Shown: piece after piece, positions 17,569-27,180 of the stretch | Position numbering within the stretch: position 1 is the first letter of the stretch | How the letters are laid out: each line of letters opens with the position of its first letter | NCBI RefSeq assembly: GCF_937999985.1 | Contig: NZ_CALLDG010000052.1 | Location: 14,143-78,142, forward strand | Reading direction: 5' to 3' | Length of the DNA: 64,000 nt | Source of the DNA: an uncultured Corynebacterium sp. | Lineage (GTDB): Bacteria; Actinomycetota; Actinomycetes; Mycobacteriales; Mycobacteriaceae | Made by a program: the position numbers and the translations under genes | Notes under the pieces: model-generated | Databases searched by the model: none | Seen by the model: the letters and a program-made list of their open reading frames with translations, nothing else | Told to the model about the DNA's origin: nothing

Positions 17569-18900
17569 TTACTGTGCACCTGGTGCGCCGGGAGCACCCG
17601 GAGCGCCGGGGACGATGTTGGTCAGCTTAATCGGACCACCATCGTTGGTTGGCTGTGCCGGCTGTGCCGGCTGTGCCGGTTGTGCTGGCTGAGCCGGAGC
17701 TTCCTCTGCCGGGGTCTCTTTGGCCTGTTCAGCTTCAGCCTGCTTGGCCTCAGTCTGCTCAACTTCGGTCTGTGTCTCCTCGGCGGGAGCCTCTTCCTCA
17801 GCAGGTGCTTCGGCCGGAGCCTCAGCCTGCTGATCCTTTGCCGGAGCTGCCGGGGCAGCAGCTGCAGCCGCTGCTGCCGGAGCTGCCGGGGCTGCAGGAG
17901 CCGGTGCACCCGGTGCACCCGGAGTGGTAGCTGTCAGCTTGATCGGACCGCCATCCTGTGCGGGCTGAGCCGCCGGGGCTGCCTGCTCTGCCGGTGCGGC
18001 CGGTGCGGTTGGAGCTGCCGGAGCGGCCTGCGGAGCCTCAGCGGACTCAGTCTCAGTCTCTGCCGGTGCGGCTTCCTGTGCCTCTGCCTGGTCCGAGTCG
18101 TCGGAAGCTGCGGCGGCAGCGGCGCCAGCGCCAGCTGCAGCGGCACCTGCACCAGCGGCGGCAGCCGGAGCTGCGGCCGGGGCGGCAGGAGCACCCGGAG
18201 CGCCCGGGGCACCCGGAGCAGTGGCGTTCAGCTTGATCGGGCCACCATCCTGAGCCGGCTGTGCAGCCGGTGCCGCCGGAGCGGCCTGCTCAGCCTTCGG
18301 AGCCTCTGCAGACTTGTTGGACTCAGCAGCCGGAGCACCCGGAGCTGCAGGTGCGCCGCCAGCCTTCGGTGCTTCCTGAGTGTCTTCAGACTTTGGTGCA
18401 GCAGGTGCACCCGGAGCAGCCGGAGCACCCGGAGCTGCAGGAGCACCCGGGGCAGCCGGGGCACCAGCGGAAGGTGCCGACGGAGCAGCAGGTGCGCCCG
18501 GGGCTGCTGGAGCACCCGGGGCTGCAGGTGCGCCGCCAGCCTTCGGCGCTTCCTGAGTGCCTTCAGACTTCGGTGCGGCAGGAGTAGCAGGAGCACCCGG
18601 AGCTGCCGGAGCACCCGGGGCAGCCGGAGCGCCAGCGGAAGGTGCGGAAGGTGCCGACGGAGCAGATGGTGCAGCAGGAGCGCCAGCGGAAGGTGCGGAA
18701 GGCGCAGCCGGAGCACTCGGGGCAGCCGCAGCAGCACCCGCCGCGGCAGCGCCGCCAGCAGCAGCCGCGCCGCCAGCGGCGGCAGCTTCCTTCTTCTTCT
18801 TGGCCTCTTCAGCCTTGCGCTTCTTTTCCTCGGCAGCCTTCTTCTTGGCTTCCTCCTCGGCCTTGCGCTCGGCTTCCTCGCGGGCCAGCTTCTCCTCGTC
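17569..18900 (-). repeat. Coding low-complexity / tandem-repeat region (Pro-Ala-Gly rich) inside the Fe-S protein gene
   Basis: 9-bp repeats (GGCTGTGCC x3-4, giving QPAQPAQPAQPA), many GCACCCGGAGC-type units, and three DGGPIKL-encoding copies about 300 bp apart (near 17622, 17934, 18228). Confidence 0.9.
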
Positions 18901-21207
18901 TACCCAGCCACGCTCAGGCGCAACCAGGAACTCCGGAGACTTCGGTGCAGGCAGCTCGCCGTCGACCAGGACGGACTCGCGGAACATTTGGGCGATATCC
19001 AGAACCTGGGTGCGGTCCTGCTTGTTTTCGATGTCGGCCTGACGGTTGTTCACACCGTCGGTCATCATAGTCTTACAGAACGGGCAGCCGATGGCGATGG
19101 CGTCCGAGCCGGTGGCCAGAGCTTCGTCCGTACGGTTCAGGTTGATGCGCTCGCCCAGATCCTCTTCCATCCACATGCGGGCACCACCGGCACCACAGCA
19201 GAAGCCGGTATTGCGGTTACGCTCCATCTCCACCAGGTTGGCGCCGGAAGCGCCGATCAGCTCACGGGGAGCTTCGAAGACCTTGTTGTGGCGGCCCAGG
19301 AAGCAAGGATCGTGGTAGGTGACTTGACGGCCGTTCTGCGGTGCAGATACCGGCTCCAGGCGCCCCTCGCGGATCAGCTTGTTCAGCAGCTGGGTGTGGT
19401 GGACTACCTGGTAGTTACCGCCCAGCTCCGGGTACTCGTTGCGCAGGGTGTTGAAGCAGTGCGCACAGGTCACAACGATCTTGCGCTGCTTCGGTGGCAC
19501 GCCCTCGAAGGCGTTGTCCAGGATCTCGATGTTTTGCTCTGCCAGCATCTGGAAGAGGAACTCGTTACCGGCACGGCGGGCGGAGTCACCAGTACAGCCC
19601 TCGCCCTCGCCCAGCACGGCGTACTTCACGCCAGCGGTGTACAGCAGGTCGGCAACAGCGCGGGTGGTCTTCACCGCGTTGTCGTCGTACACGCCAGCAC
19701 AGCCAACCCAGAACAGGTACTCGGTGTCGTCGAAGTTCTCGATGTCTTCGCCGAAGACCGGCACCTCGATGCCGTCTTCCTTGGCCTTCTCAATCCAGTC
19801 GGAGCGCTTGTTGTTGTTCTGGCCCCACGGGTTGCCCTTGGTCTCCAGGTTCTTGAACAGGCCACCCAGCTCGGTCGGGAAGTCAGACTCAACCAGCACC
19901 TGGTAACGGCGCATGTCGACGATGTGGTCGATGTGCTCGATGTCCACCGGGCACTGCTCCACACAGGCACCACAGTTGGTGCAAGACCACAGAACGTCGG
20001 GGTCGATAACGCCCATCTCGCCCGCAGCGACCAGCTGCAGCAACGGCATGTCCGCGTGGGCGTCAACAGAAGGATCGTCCAGAACGGCAGTGTCGGCACC
20101 GTCGCCGGAGAACATGCCACCTGCGTGGGCCTCGTCCTTACGGGCGGCCTTCAGGTACGGCGCGGACTCGATGGCGTGGTCACGCAGGTTGGTGATCAGC
20201 AGCTTCGGGCTCAGCGGCTTCGCGGTGTTCCAAGCCGGGCACTGCTCCTGGCAGCGGCCACACTCGGTACACGAGGTGAAGTCCATCCAGCCCTTCCAGG
20301 TGAAGTCGTCGATCTTGCCAACGCCGATCGAGTCTTCCTCCGGGTCTGCGTTTTCCATGGTCAGCATGCGGCCACCGGAGGTCAGCGGCTTCGCTGCACC
20401 TAGTGCGTTGCGGCCGTCGGCGTTGCGCTTCAGGAAGATGTTGAAGAACGCCATGAAGCGGTGCCAGGCAACGCCCCACTTGATGTTCATGCCGACGATG
20501 AACAGCCAGATCATGCCGGACAGCAGCTTGATCAGCGCGAAGATGGAGACCAGCAGCGGGGATTCCGGCAGGATCTTGGCCAGCTGCATGGTGAAGAAGT
20601 CGGTGGCCGCGTGGCCGCCCTCGTAGCTGGCGAAGGTGGCGATCTTGGATGCCTTCACGAATATCATGCCCAGGCCCTCGATCAGCACGACGGCCTCAAC
20701 GAAGTAAGCCGCGCCGGAGTTGGAGCCGTAGAAGCGGGCCTTCTTGTCCTTGTCGCCGATCTTCTGGCGAATGATGATCAGCGTGATAATACCGATGACG
20801 GTGCCCAGGCCCAGCAGCTCGTCCACGAAGTGGTAAACGGCCCAGTCACCGATGATGGGCCAGCCGCCTTCGGGGTTGAAGATCTGAATGTAGGCCTCGA
20901 ACCACACCATGGCTCCCAGCAGGAAGCCGACCATGACGAGCCAGTGGGCGATTGCCACGCCTGGCTTCTTGGCCATCTTGGTGTGACCGATGATCTCCTT
21001 GATCAGGTTCATCAGTCGGCCAGCGGGGTTATCTGTCCTCTTCAGCGCCGGTTGGCCCAGTCGGATCGTGGTAAAGATCTGCGCCGCGCCGCGGATGAAG
21101 AACACCCAGGCGGGGAGGGATAGCAGTGCGCCAATGATGCCCAGTGGGACGGTGATGCCCCAGGGGATATCGGATGACGTCGCCTGCCCTGCTGCCAGCA
21201 GGTACAT
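17569..21207 (-). CDS. Membrane-bound (Fe-S)-binding reductase, DsrMK/HdrD-GlpC-like (Rv0338c family), with a long repetitive C-terminal tail
   Basis: 1212 aa. N-terminal multi-TM (NarI/DsrM-like) region, two 4Fe-4S ferredoxin motifs (CTECGRCQEQCP, CTNCGACVEQCP) and two CCG-type Cys-rich domains (FWVGCAGVYDD, VTCAHCFNT, YHDPCFLGRH, GFCCGAGG). A tail of about 450 aa rich in Lys/Glu and then Pro/Ala follows. Confidence 0.85.
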   Translation of the reverse strand: MYLLAAGQATSSDIPWGITVPLGIIGALLSLPAWVFFIRGAAQIFTTIRLGQPALKRTDNPAGRLMNLIKEIIGHTKMAKKPGVAIAHWLVMVGFLLGAMVWFEAYIQIFNPEGGWPIIGDWAVYHFVDELLGLGTVIGIITLIIIRQKIGDKDKKARFYGSNSGAAYFVEAVVLIEGLGMIFVKASKIATFASYEGGHAATDFFTMQLAKILPESPLLVSIFALIKLLSGMIWLFIVGMNIKWGVAWHRFMAFFNIFLKRNADGRNALGAAKPLTSGGRMLTMENADPEEDSIGVGKIDDFTWKGWMDFTSCTECGRCQEQCPAWNTAKPLSPKLLITNLRDHAIESAPYLKAARKDEAHAGGMFSGDGADTAVLDDPSVDAHADMPLLQLVAAGEMGVIDPDVLWSCTNCGACVEQCPVDIEHIDHIVDMRRYQVLVESDFPTELGGLFKNLETKGNPWGQNNNKRSDWIEKAKEDGIEVPVFGEDIENFDDTEYLFWVGCAGVYDDNAVKTTRAVADLLYTAGVKYAVLGEGEGCTGDSARRAGNEFLFQMLAEQNIEILDNAFEGVPPKQRKIVVTCAHCFNTLRNEYPELGGNYQVVHHTQLLNKLIREGRLEPVSAPQNGRQVTYHDPCFLGRHNKVFEAPRELIGASGANLVEMERNRNTGFCCGAGGARMWMEEDLGERINLNRTDEALATGSDAIAIGCPFCKTMMTDGVNNRQADIENKQDRTQVLDIAQMFRESVLVDGELPAPKSPEFLVAPERGWVDEEKLAREEAERKAEEEAKKKAAEEKKRKAEEAKKKKEAAAAGGAAAAGGAAAAGAAAAAPSAPAAPSAPSAGAPAAPSAPSAPSAPSAGAPAAPGAPAAPGAPATPAAPKSEGTQEAPKAGGAPAAPGAPAAPGAPAAPSAPSAGAPAAPGAPAAPGAPAAPGAPAAPKSEDTQEAPKAGGAPAAPGAPAAESNKSAEAPKAEQAAPAAPAAQPAQDGGPIKLNATAPGAPGAPGAPAAPAAAPAAAAGAGAAAAGAGAAAAAASDDSDQAEAQEAAPAETETESAEAPQAAPAAPTAPAAPAEQAAPAAQPAQDGGPIKLTATTPGAPGAPAPAAPAAPAAAAAAAAPAAPAKDQQAEAPAEAPAEEEAPAEETQTEVEQTEAKQAEAEQAKETPAEEAPAQPAQPAQPAQPAQPTNDGGPIKLTNIVPGAPGAPGAPGAQ

Positions 21208-21359
21208 GTGAAGCTCCTCGCAAGTCCAGTTATGTATGAAGTAATTACTTACTGGGGCAGATTAGCAGGGAGTGGGGCTATTTTTGAACTTTTCTAAATC
21301 CGGGTTGACCTGGGGTGGAGCTGGTGTTGACCTGCCGAAATAGGCAACATTTGTGTTGT

Positions 21360-22313
21360 TTAAATGCGGCTGGCGATCCCGATCTGCTCGCGTCGCGCAG
21401 CCTTACCTGCGCGGGTGTTACCGAGGTGGTACATGTGTTGCTCACCACGCGCGACGTTGAGGGTAGCGGTGAGTCCTTGTTCCTTTATTGTTGACGCCCA
21501 CTCCTCCACGTCTGGCAGTGAAATATCGCGGTCGCCACAGTAAAGCACGACCTCGGATCCTCTGAAAGCTGCCCGGAGCTGGTCGGCAGTGAGGTGCAGC
21601 GGGCTCACCCGCGGGTCCTCCGTGGAGACCTCGCCCGCCCACAGTGCGCCCTGGCGGCGCAGCTGCACGGGGTTGAGAATTGCATCTTTCGGCTCGAACT
21701 CAGGGATGTGCGGGTTGGCTAGGTCCATGTCCAGCCACGGGGCATTCAGGATGAGGCGCGCTGGCGGTTCCAGCTGTTGGGTGTGCTCGGGGGTAGCGGC
21801 GAGGGCAGACAATGCCAGCCCACCGCCCGCTGAATCCCCAATAATGGTGATGTTTTTGGCACCATGTTCCGCCACCAGCTGCTCATAGCAGTGGCGGATA
21901 AGCGGCAGCGCCTCCGTGTGGTTGTGTTCGGGCAGTAGGCCGTAGAGGGGGATGTCCACCCGCACGCCCGCGTCCGCCAGCTGGGCGACGAAGTCCCAGT
22001 TGCGTTGCTTGATCGGGTTCACAAACCCGCCGGGCAGTACGTACAGCACGGCCTTCGTTGCCGCCTGTGCGGGGGAGAGCTCCTTAATTGCTGTGGTGTG
22101 CGGGTCGTAATTTCCCGTGTCGCCCGCGCCTCCAAACTCCATGGGGGCCACCGAGTAGACCGTGAATTCGCTGGAATCGCCCTCCGTCCGTTCACTGACG
22201 GCAAAGTGTTGGCGCAGGGAATGTGGCGGTTCGGCTGGGGCGGGAGGGGTGGAGGAGGTGGCGTCATTACCCGTTCCGGAAGAACGGCCAACCAGGCGTT
22301 TGAGGAAAGACAT
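21360..22313 (-). CDS. Alpha/beta hydrolase fold-3 esterase/lipase
   Basis: Nucleophile motif IIGDSAGGGLAL and an oxyanion-region variant VLPGGFV. Start chosen at the ATG at 22313 (MSFLKRLVGRS...); the track start at 22397 adds an unlikely extension. Confidence 0.75.
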   Translation of the reverse strand: MSFLKRLVGRSSGTGNDATSSTPPAPAEPPHSLRQHFAVSERTEGDSSEFTVYSVAPMEFGGAGDTGNYDPHTTAIKELSPAQAATKAVLYVLPGGFVNPIKQRNWDFVAQLADAGVRVDIPLYGLLPEHNHTEALPLIRHCYEQLVAEHGAKNITIIGDSAGGGLALSALAATPEHTQQLEPPARLILNAPWLDMDLANPHIPEFEPKDAILNPVQLRRQGALWAGEVSTEDPRVSPLHLTADQLRAAFRGSEVVLYCGDRDISLPDVEEWASTIKEQGLTATLNVARGEQHMYHLGNTRAGKAARREQIGIASRI

Positions 22314-22398
22314 GGGCACAATTCTAGCTTTTTTAAAAAAAGTTGAGCGAAGTGGGAACAACTTTGAGCAGGTATGAGTTGTAGGGGATGTGAGCAAG

Positions 22399-22418
22399 TT
22401 GAGTGGGTTAAACTCAAG
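22399..22418. promoter_or_regulatory. HAIR (HspR-associated inverted repeat) operator upstream of dnaK
   Basis: TTGAGT-gggttaa-ACTCAAG, a full match to the core of CTTGAGT-N7-ACTCAAG. Confidence 0.8.
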
Positions 22419-22423
22419 TCAGC

Positions 22424-22451
22424 TTGACTAGACGCGAAAAACGCGGATACT
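22424..22451 (+). promoter_or_regulatory. Putative dnaK promoter
   Basis: -35 TTGACT (22424-22429), 16-nt spacer, -10 GATACT (22446-22451). It is flanked by the two HAIR sites. Confidence 0.35.
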
Positions 22452-22472
22452 GGTTGGCAGAGACGGGCGAAG

Positions 22473-22492
22473 TTGAGTCCGCTCGACTAAGG
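22473..22492. promoter_or_regulatory. Second, degenerate HAIR-like site upstream of dnaK
   Basis: TTGAGT-ccgctcg-ACTAAGG. The left half-site is perfect and the right half is imperfect. Confidence 0.5.
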
Positions 22493-22536
22493 CTCGATAG
22501 ATTTTATTCGCCCCAGAAGCAATAGGAGGAACTGAT

Positions 22537-24402
22537 ATGGGACGCGCAGTAGGAATTGACTTGGGCACCACCAACTCTGTGGTGTCTGTTCTGGAAGGCG
22601 GCGAGGCAAAGGTCATCGCCAACTCCGAGGGATCCCGTACCACCCCGTCCATCGTGGCTTTCGCCAAGAACGGCGAGGTGCTGGTTGGCCAGTCCGCCAA
22701 GAACCAGGCGGTAGCCAACGTGGATCGCACCATCCGCTCCGTCAAGCGCCACATGGGCACGGACTGGAAGGTCTCCATCGACGACAAGGAGTACACCGCT
22801 CCGGAGATCTCCGCCCGCACCCTGCAGAAGCTGAAGAGGGACGCGGAGAGCTACCTGGGTGAGGACGTAACCGACGCAGTCATTACCGTCCCCGCCTACT
22901 TCAACGACGCACAGCGCCAGGCAACCAAGGATGCCGGCCAGATCGCCGGCCTGAACGTCCTGCGCATCGTCAACGAGCCGACCGCAGCCGCCCTGGCTTA
23001 CGGCCTGGAGAAGGGTGACAAGGAGCAGACCATCCTGGTATTCGACCTGGGTGGCGGCACCTTCGACGTCTCCCTGCTGGAGATCGGCGACGGCGTGGTT
23101 GAGGTTCGCGCAACTGCCGGCGACAACGAGCTGGGCGGCGACGACTGGGATCAGCGCATCGTCGACTGGCTGGCCGACAAGTTCAAGGCAAGCCACGGCG
23201 TGGACCTGACCAAGGACAAGATGGCCCTGCAGCGCCTGCGCGAGGCAGCGGAGAAGGCCAAGATCGAGCTGTCCAGCTCCCAGCAGGCCTCCATCAACCT
23301 GCCGTACATCACGGTGGACGAGGATAAGAACCCGCTGTTCCTGGACGAGACCCTGACCCGCACCGAGTTCCAGAAGATCACCCAGGATCTGCTGGACCGC
23401 ACCAAGACCCCGTTCCAGGCAGTGCTGAAGGACGCGGAAGTCAGCGTGGACGAGATCGACCACGTCGTGCTGGTCGGCGGCTCCACCCGCATGGTTGCTG
23501 TCTCCGAGCTGGTCACCGAGCTGACCAACGGCAAGGAGCCCAACAAGGGCGTAAACCCGGACGAGGTTGTGGCCGTGGGTGCTGCCCTGCAGGCCGGTGT
23601 GTTGCGCGGCGAGGTTAAGGACGTGCTGCTGCTGGACGTCACCCCGCTGTCCCTGGGTATCGAGACCAAGGGTGGCGTGATGACCAAGCTGATCGAGCGC
23701 AACACCACCATCCCGACCAAGCGTTCCGAGACCTTCACCACCGCTGAGGACAGCCAGCCCAGCGTGCAGATCCAGGTCTTCCAGGGCGAGCGCGAGATGG
23801 CTGCGCACAACAAGCTGCTCGGCTCCTTCGAGCTGGCGGGCATCGCTCCGGCACCGCGCGGCGTTCCGCAGATCGAGGTCACCTTCGATATTGACGCCAA
23901 CGGCATCGTCTCCGTCTCTGCAAAGGACAAGGCCACCGGCAAGGAGAACACGATCAAGATCCAGGACGGCTCCGGCCTATCCCAGGAGGAGATCGACCGC
24001 ATGGTCAAGGATGCCGAGACCCACGCGGAAGAGGACAAGAAGCGCCGCGAGGAGCAGGAAGTCCGCAACTCCGCAGAGTCCATGGCATACCAGACCCGCA
24101 AGTTCGTCGAGGACAACAAGGAGAAGGTCAACGAGGACACCCAGAACAAGGTCGAGGAAGCAGCCAAGGCTGTTGACGAGGCTTTGAAGGGTGACGACAT
24201 CGAGGCCATCAAGGATGCGGTGGAGAAGCTGAACGCTGAGTCTCAGGAGATGGGCAAGGCCATCTACGAGGCTGAGGCAGCCGCCGGCGCCGAGGGCGCT
24301 GGTGCTGGTGCGGACGCAGGCTCCGCCGCAAACGATGACCCGAACGTTGTGGACGCCGAGGTTGTCGACGAGGACACTTCCGCAGAGGATGATAAGAAGT
24401 AA
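22537..24402 (+). CDS. dnaK: Molecular chaperone DnaK (Hsp70)
   Basis: 621 aa. Canonical Hsp70 signatures ([29 protein letters not shown]). Confidence 0.98.
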   Translation: MGRAVGIDLGTTNSVVSVLEGGEAKVIANSEGSRTTPSIVAFAKNGEVLVGQSAKNQAVANVDRTIRSVKRHMGTDWKVSIDDKEYTAPEISARTLQKLKRDAESYLGEDVTDAVITVPAYFNDAQRQATKDAGQIAGLNVLRIVNEPTAAALAYGLEKGDKEQTILVFDLGGGTFDVSLLEIGDGVVEVRATAGDNELGGDDWDQRIVDWLADKFKASHGVDLTKDKMALQRLREAAEKAKIELSSSQQASINLPYITVDEDKNPLFLDETLTRTEFQKITQDLLDRTKTPFQAVLKDAEVSVDEIDHVVLVGGSTRMVAVSELVTELTNGKEPNKGVNPDEVVAVGAALQAGVLRGEVKDVLLLDVTPLSLGIETKGGVMTKLIERNTTIPTKRSETFTTAEDSQPSVQIQVFQGEREMAAHNKLLGSFELAGIAPAPRGVPQIEVTFDIDANGIVSVSAKDKATGKENTIKIQDGSGLSQEEIDRMVKDAETHAEEDKKRREEQEVRNSAESMAYQTRKFVEDNKEKVNEDTQNKVEEAAKAVDEALKGDDIEAIKDAVEKLNAESQEMGKAIYEAEAAAGAEGAGAGADAGSAANDDPNVVDAEVVDEDTSAEDDKK

Positions 24403-25028
24403 TGGCTGAAGATCTGAATCAAGACCCGGGCGCCCCGGAGAACACCGACCCGGAGGCAACCTCGGCCGAAAGTGCCGAAGCTGCCGCCGCGGAAGCTGCT
24501 GAGGCGCAGGGTGTCGACGAGGGTCTGGCCGATGCTGAAGCCGCTGCGGCTGATGCTGAGGGCGTCAATATCGACGAAGCCGAAGTTGCCGAGGTGACGG
24601 CCGAGGTAGACAACAGCATCGAGGCCGAGCTGGCCGAACGCACCGAGGACCTACAGCGCGTGACGGCGGAGTACACCAACTACCGCCGCCGCGTGGAGCG
24701 TGACCGCGCAAGCGTGATCACCGGCGCGAAGGCCGAGGTGGCCGCCGAGCTGCTGCCGATCCTAGACGACCTGGAGATGGCAGAGCAGCACGGCGACCTG
24801 ACCGGGCCGCTGAAGTCCATGTCGGACAAGCTGCAGTCTGTGATGGCATCCATGAAGGTGGAGAAGTTCGGCGAGGAAGGCGACGAGTTCGACCCGAACT
24901 GCCACGAGGCCGTGCAGGACACGAGCAGTGGCGACGACAAGGTGCTGGCTACCATCCTCCGCCGCGGCTACCGCCTGGGCGACCGCGTGCTGCGCAACGC
25001 GATGGTCATCATTGGTGATCCGCAGTAG
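24402..25028 (+). CDS. grpE: Nucleotide exchange factor GrpE
   Basis: 208 aa. The ATG overlaps the dnaK stop (TAATG). Acidic N-terminus, with C-terminal FDPNCHEAV...[14 protein letters not shown] typical of GrpE. Confidence 0.95.
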   Translation: MAEDLNQDPGAPENTDPEATSAESAEAAAAEAAEAQGVDEGLADAEAAAADAEGVNIDEAEVAEVTAEVDNSIEAELAERTEDLQRVTAEYTNYRRRVERDRASVITGAKAEVAAELLPILDDLEMAEQHGDLTGPLKSMSDKLQSVMASMKVEKFGEEGDEFDPNCHEAVQDTSSGDDKVLATILRRGYRLGDRVLRNAMVIIGDPQ

Positions 25029-25037
25029 TTAGATCCG

Positions 25038-25076
25038 GAGAGCTCCACGGCTTTTGCTGTGGAGCTCTCTTTTTTG
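25038..25076 (+). terminator. Strong intrinsic terminator after grpE
   Basis: 11-bp perfect stem GAGAGCTCCAC (25038-25048) / GTGGAGCTCTC (25059-25069) followed by TTTTTT. Confidence 0.85.
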
Positions 25077-25158
25077 TGTGGTGGGGTGTGGTGAGCCGGT
25101 CGGGAAAAGGGGCAGAATGGGTGGTGGAAAGATCTGCACAGCTAGTTAAGGAGCGCAA

Positions 25159-25596
25159 ATGAAGGCAATGAAGGCTTTGTACTGGGCCGCCGTTTTCTAC
25201 CTCGCCTTGGGTTTGGCTGCTGGTGTGTTCTATCGCGAATTTACGCGGGTTAACGAATTTCCAGAAGGGGGCTTTACGCAGCTGAGCGTGGTGCATACCC
25301 ACCTGCTCGCGCTCGGGTTCATCATGTTCTTGGTTTTCCTGGCGCTGGAGAAGCTCTTCGGGCTTTCGCGAAATCGGAAGCCCTTCCTGGCGTTCTACTG
25401 GCTGTACAACGCCGGCATCCTGACCACCGTCGCAATGATGATCTGGCACGGCAGCCTAACTGTGCTGGGCAAGGAATCCAATGCGATGATCTCGGGCATC
25501 GCTGGCTTGGGGCACATCTGCATCACCGTGGGGCTGGTGGTGTTTGTGGTGTTGCTCGGGGGTGCAATTAAGGAGTCGCAGGCTGACGCTTCCTAG
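25159..25596 (+). CDS. DUF2871-like small integral membrane protein
   Basis: 145 aa, four hydrophobic helices, YREFT and VVHTHLLALGF motifs reminiscent of DUF2871. AAGGAG ribosome-binding site upstream. Confidence 0.55.
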   Translation: MKAMKALYWAAVFYLALGLAAGVFYREFTRVNEFPEGGFTQLSVVHTHLLALGFIMFLVFLALEKLFGLSRNRKPFLAFYWLYNAGILTTVAMMIWHGSLTVLGKESNAMISGIAGLGHICITVGLVVFVVLLGGAIKESQADAS

Positions 25597-25764
25597 AGTG
25601 TTGGGGCTGGGGTCTAGGTCGCTCAGGCCTGGTGTTTAGAACAGGTGTTCGATTATTTAAGTTTTTCTTGGAGGGGTTGTCCGGGTCGTTTTCTATGCTG
25701 ATCGCGTACGGAAAACCACGGGACACGAGCCACGCCGCACTGGGGACTCCATCATCGAAGGGGA

Positions 25765-27156
25765 ATGATGTTTGATCAGCCCACACCACCCGACAGACCA
25801 CCGCAAGACCCACCGCAGAACCAACCGCAAGACCAACCACAGGGGCCGTTCTGGAAAGTTACCGACCCCACCGACCCGATGAGCGCAGCAATCTGCGACA
25901 TCAACCGCAACCACGCGCGCCTCGCCCTGGCGTGCACACCTCGCGACGACGAATGCATCACCGACGTGACCACCCGCCTGGGTGTCCGCCTGGGCCTCCC
26001 GGAGTTCCGAGTGATCCAGCTCGTCGACGTCGGAACTACCTTCCGCCGCTTCCCATCGCTAGTGGAGCTGGCGGAAACCGGGGCTTACTCTATCGAGCTG
26101 TGGCGGATCGTCGCTCATAGCCTTGTTGCTGTTAGCGACGCCCACATCTCCGCCGTAGAAGCCGATGTCTACACTGCACTCTCGCCCATTCGGCCTAACC
26201 AGGCGATGCTGGGGCAGAGCACGATCCGCCAACGCCTGAAGAAGATCGTCATGGATCACGAGCCTTTGGCCTGCCCAATCGATCCCGCCGAACTGACTTC
26301 GCCAGCGGGCGACGGTGCGGAAGTCTCAGATGGTGCAGACGGTACCGATGGCGCAGACGGCACGGGTTCGGACGTAGAGGGCGTCAGTACCGAAGACCTG
26401 GCCGTCCTCGGCGCCGCAACGCGGCTAGCTATCGACGACCGGCCGGCCGACTACACCGAGTTCTACCTGACCCTTCCGAAGCTGGAGGCGCTGGAGCTGA
26501 TTCAGGCGCTCGACAGCGTGAGGAACAAGCAGAATTGTTCCAGGGTGCGGGCGCTTTTGAGCCTGGTGCGGGGGAGTGCGACCGCGGAGGTGAACCTCAA
26601 CCTGTACCGCCAGGTGGACGCTCCGGAGGCGCAGATTTGGGCGGCCGGCAGCTGGCTCAACGCGCTGGCCACGAAGGAGTGGATGGAGCGGGTGACCCAC
26701 CTGCAGGCTCCGGGGAAGGCCGCTACCGCCGGCTATACCCCGACGCCCCTCATCCGCGCGAGCGTGGAAGGCCGGGATGGTACCTGCCGCTTCCCGGGTT
26801 GCGACACCCCAGCGCACAAATGCCAGCTAGACCACGTCAAACGCTTCGTGCATGGCAGCTCGAACGGCGGGCCGGGCAGCAGCTCGAACGGCGGGCCGAC
26901 GGACACCTCAAACCTCCACTGCCTCTGCGCCAAACACCACAATGCGAAAACGACGGGAGCCTGGGATGTGACAATCAACCCCGACGGGGAGGAAACCTGG
27001 ACAAGCTTCGGAGACGGCCACACGGTGATCACCACGCCAAACGGCCCGCTGGGAAGAATCACCTTCCGGCACCGAGCAGTGAAGCGAGCGCGGAAGGTGG
27101 TGGAGCACAACCAAAGGAAGCAGAAGCGCAACCTGGAAGACGAGCCGCCGTTCTAG
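25765..27156 (+). CDS. DUF222-domain HNH endonuclease (13E12-repeat-like family)
   Basis: 463 aa. C-terminal HNH motif CRFPGCDTPAHKCQLDHVKRF...NLHCLCAKHHNAKTTGAW, preceded by the long helical DUF222-type region. Internal 24-bp duplication (SSNGGPGSSSNGGP). Confidence 0.8.
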   Translation: MMFDQPTPPDRPPQDPPQNQPQDQPQGPFWKVTDPTDPMSAAICDINRNHARLALACTPRDDECITDVTTRLGVRLGLPEFRVIQLVDVGTTFRRFPSLVELAETGAYSIELWRIVAHSLVAVSDAHISAVEADVYTALSPIRPNQAMLGQSTIRQRLKKIVMDHEPLACPIDPAELTSPAGDGAEVSDGADGTDGADGTGSDVEGVSTEDLAVLGAATRLAIDDRPADYTEFYLTLPKLEALELIQALDSVRNKQNCSRVRALLSLVRGSATAEVNLNLYRQVDAPEAQIWAAGSWLNALATKEWMERVTHLQAPGKAATAGYTPTPLIRASVEGRDGTCRFPGCDTPAHKCQLDHVKRFVHGSSNGGPGSSSNGGPTDTSNLHCLCAKHHNAKTTGAWDVTINPDGEETWTSFGDGHTVITTPNGPLGRITFRHRAVKRARKVVEHNQRKQKRNLEDEPPF

Positions 27157-27180
27157 CGACAGCGTTCTAGCGCCGCAGTC

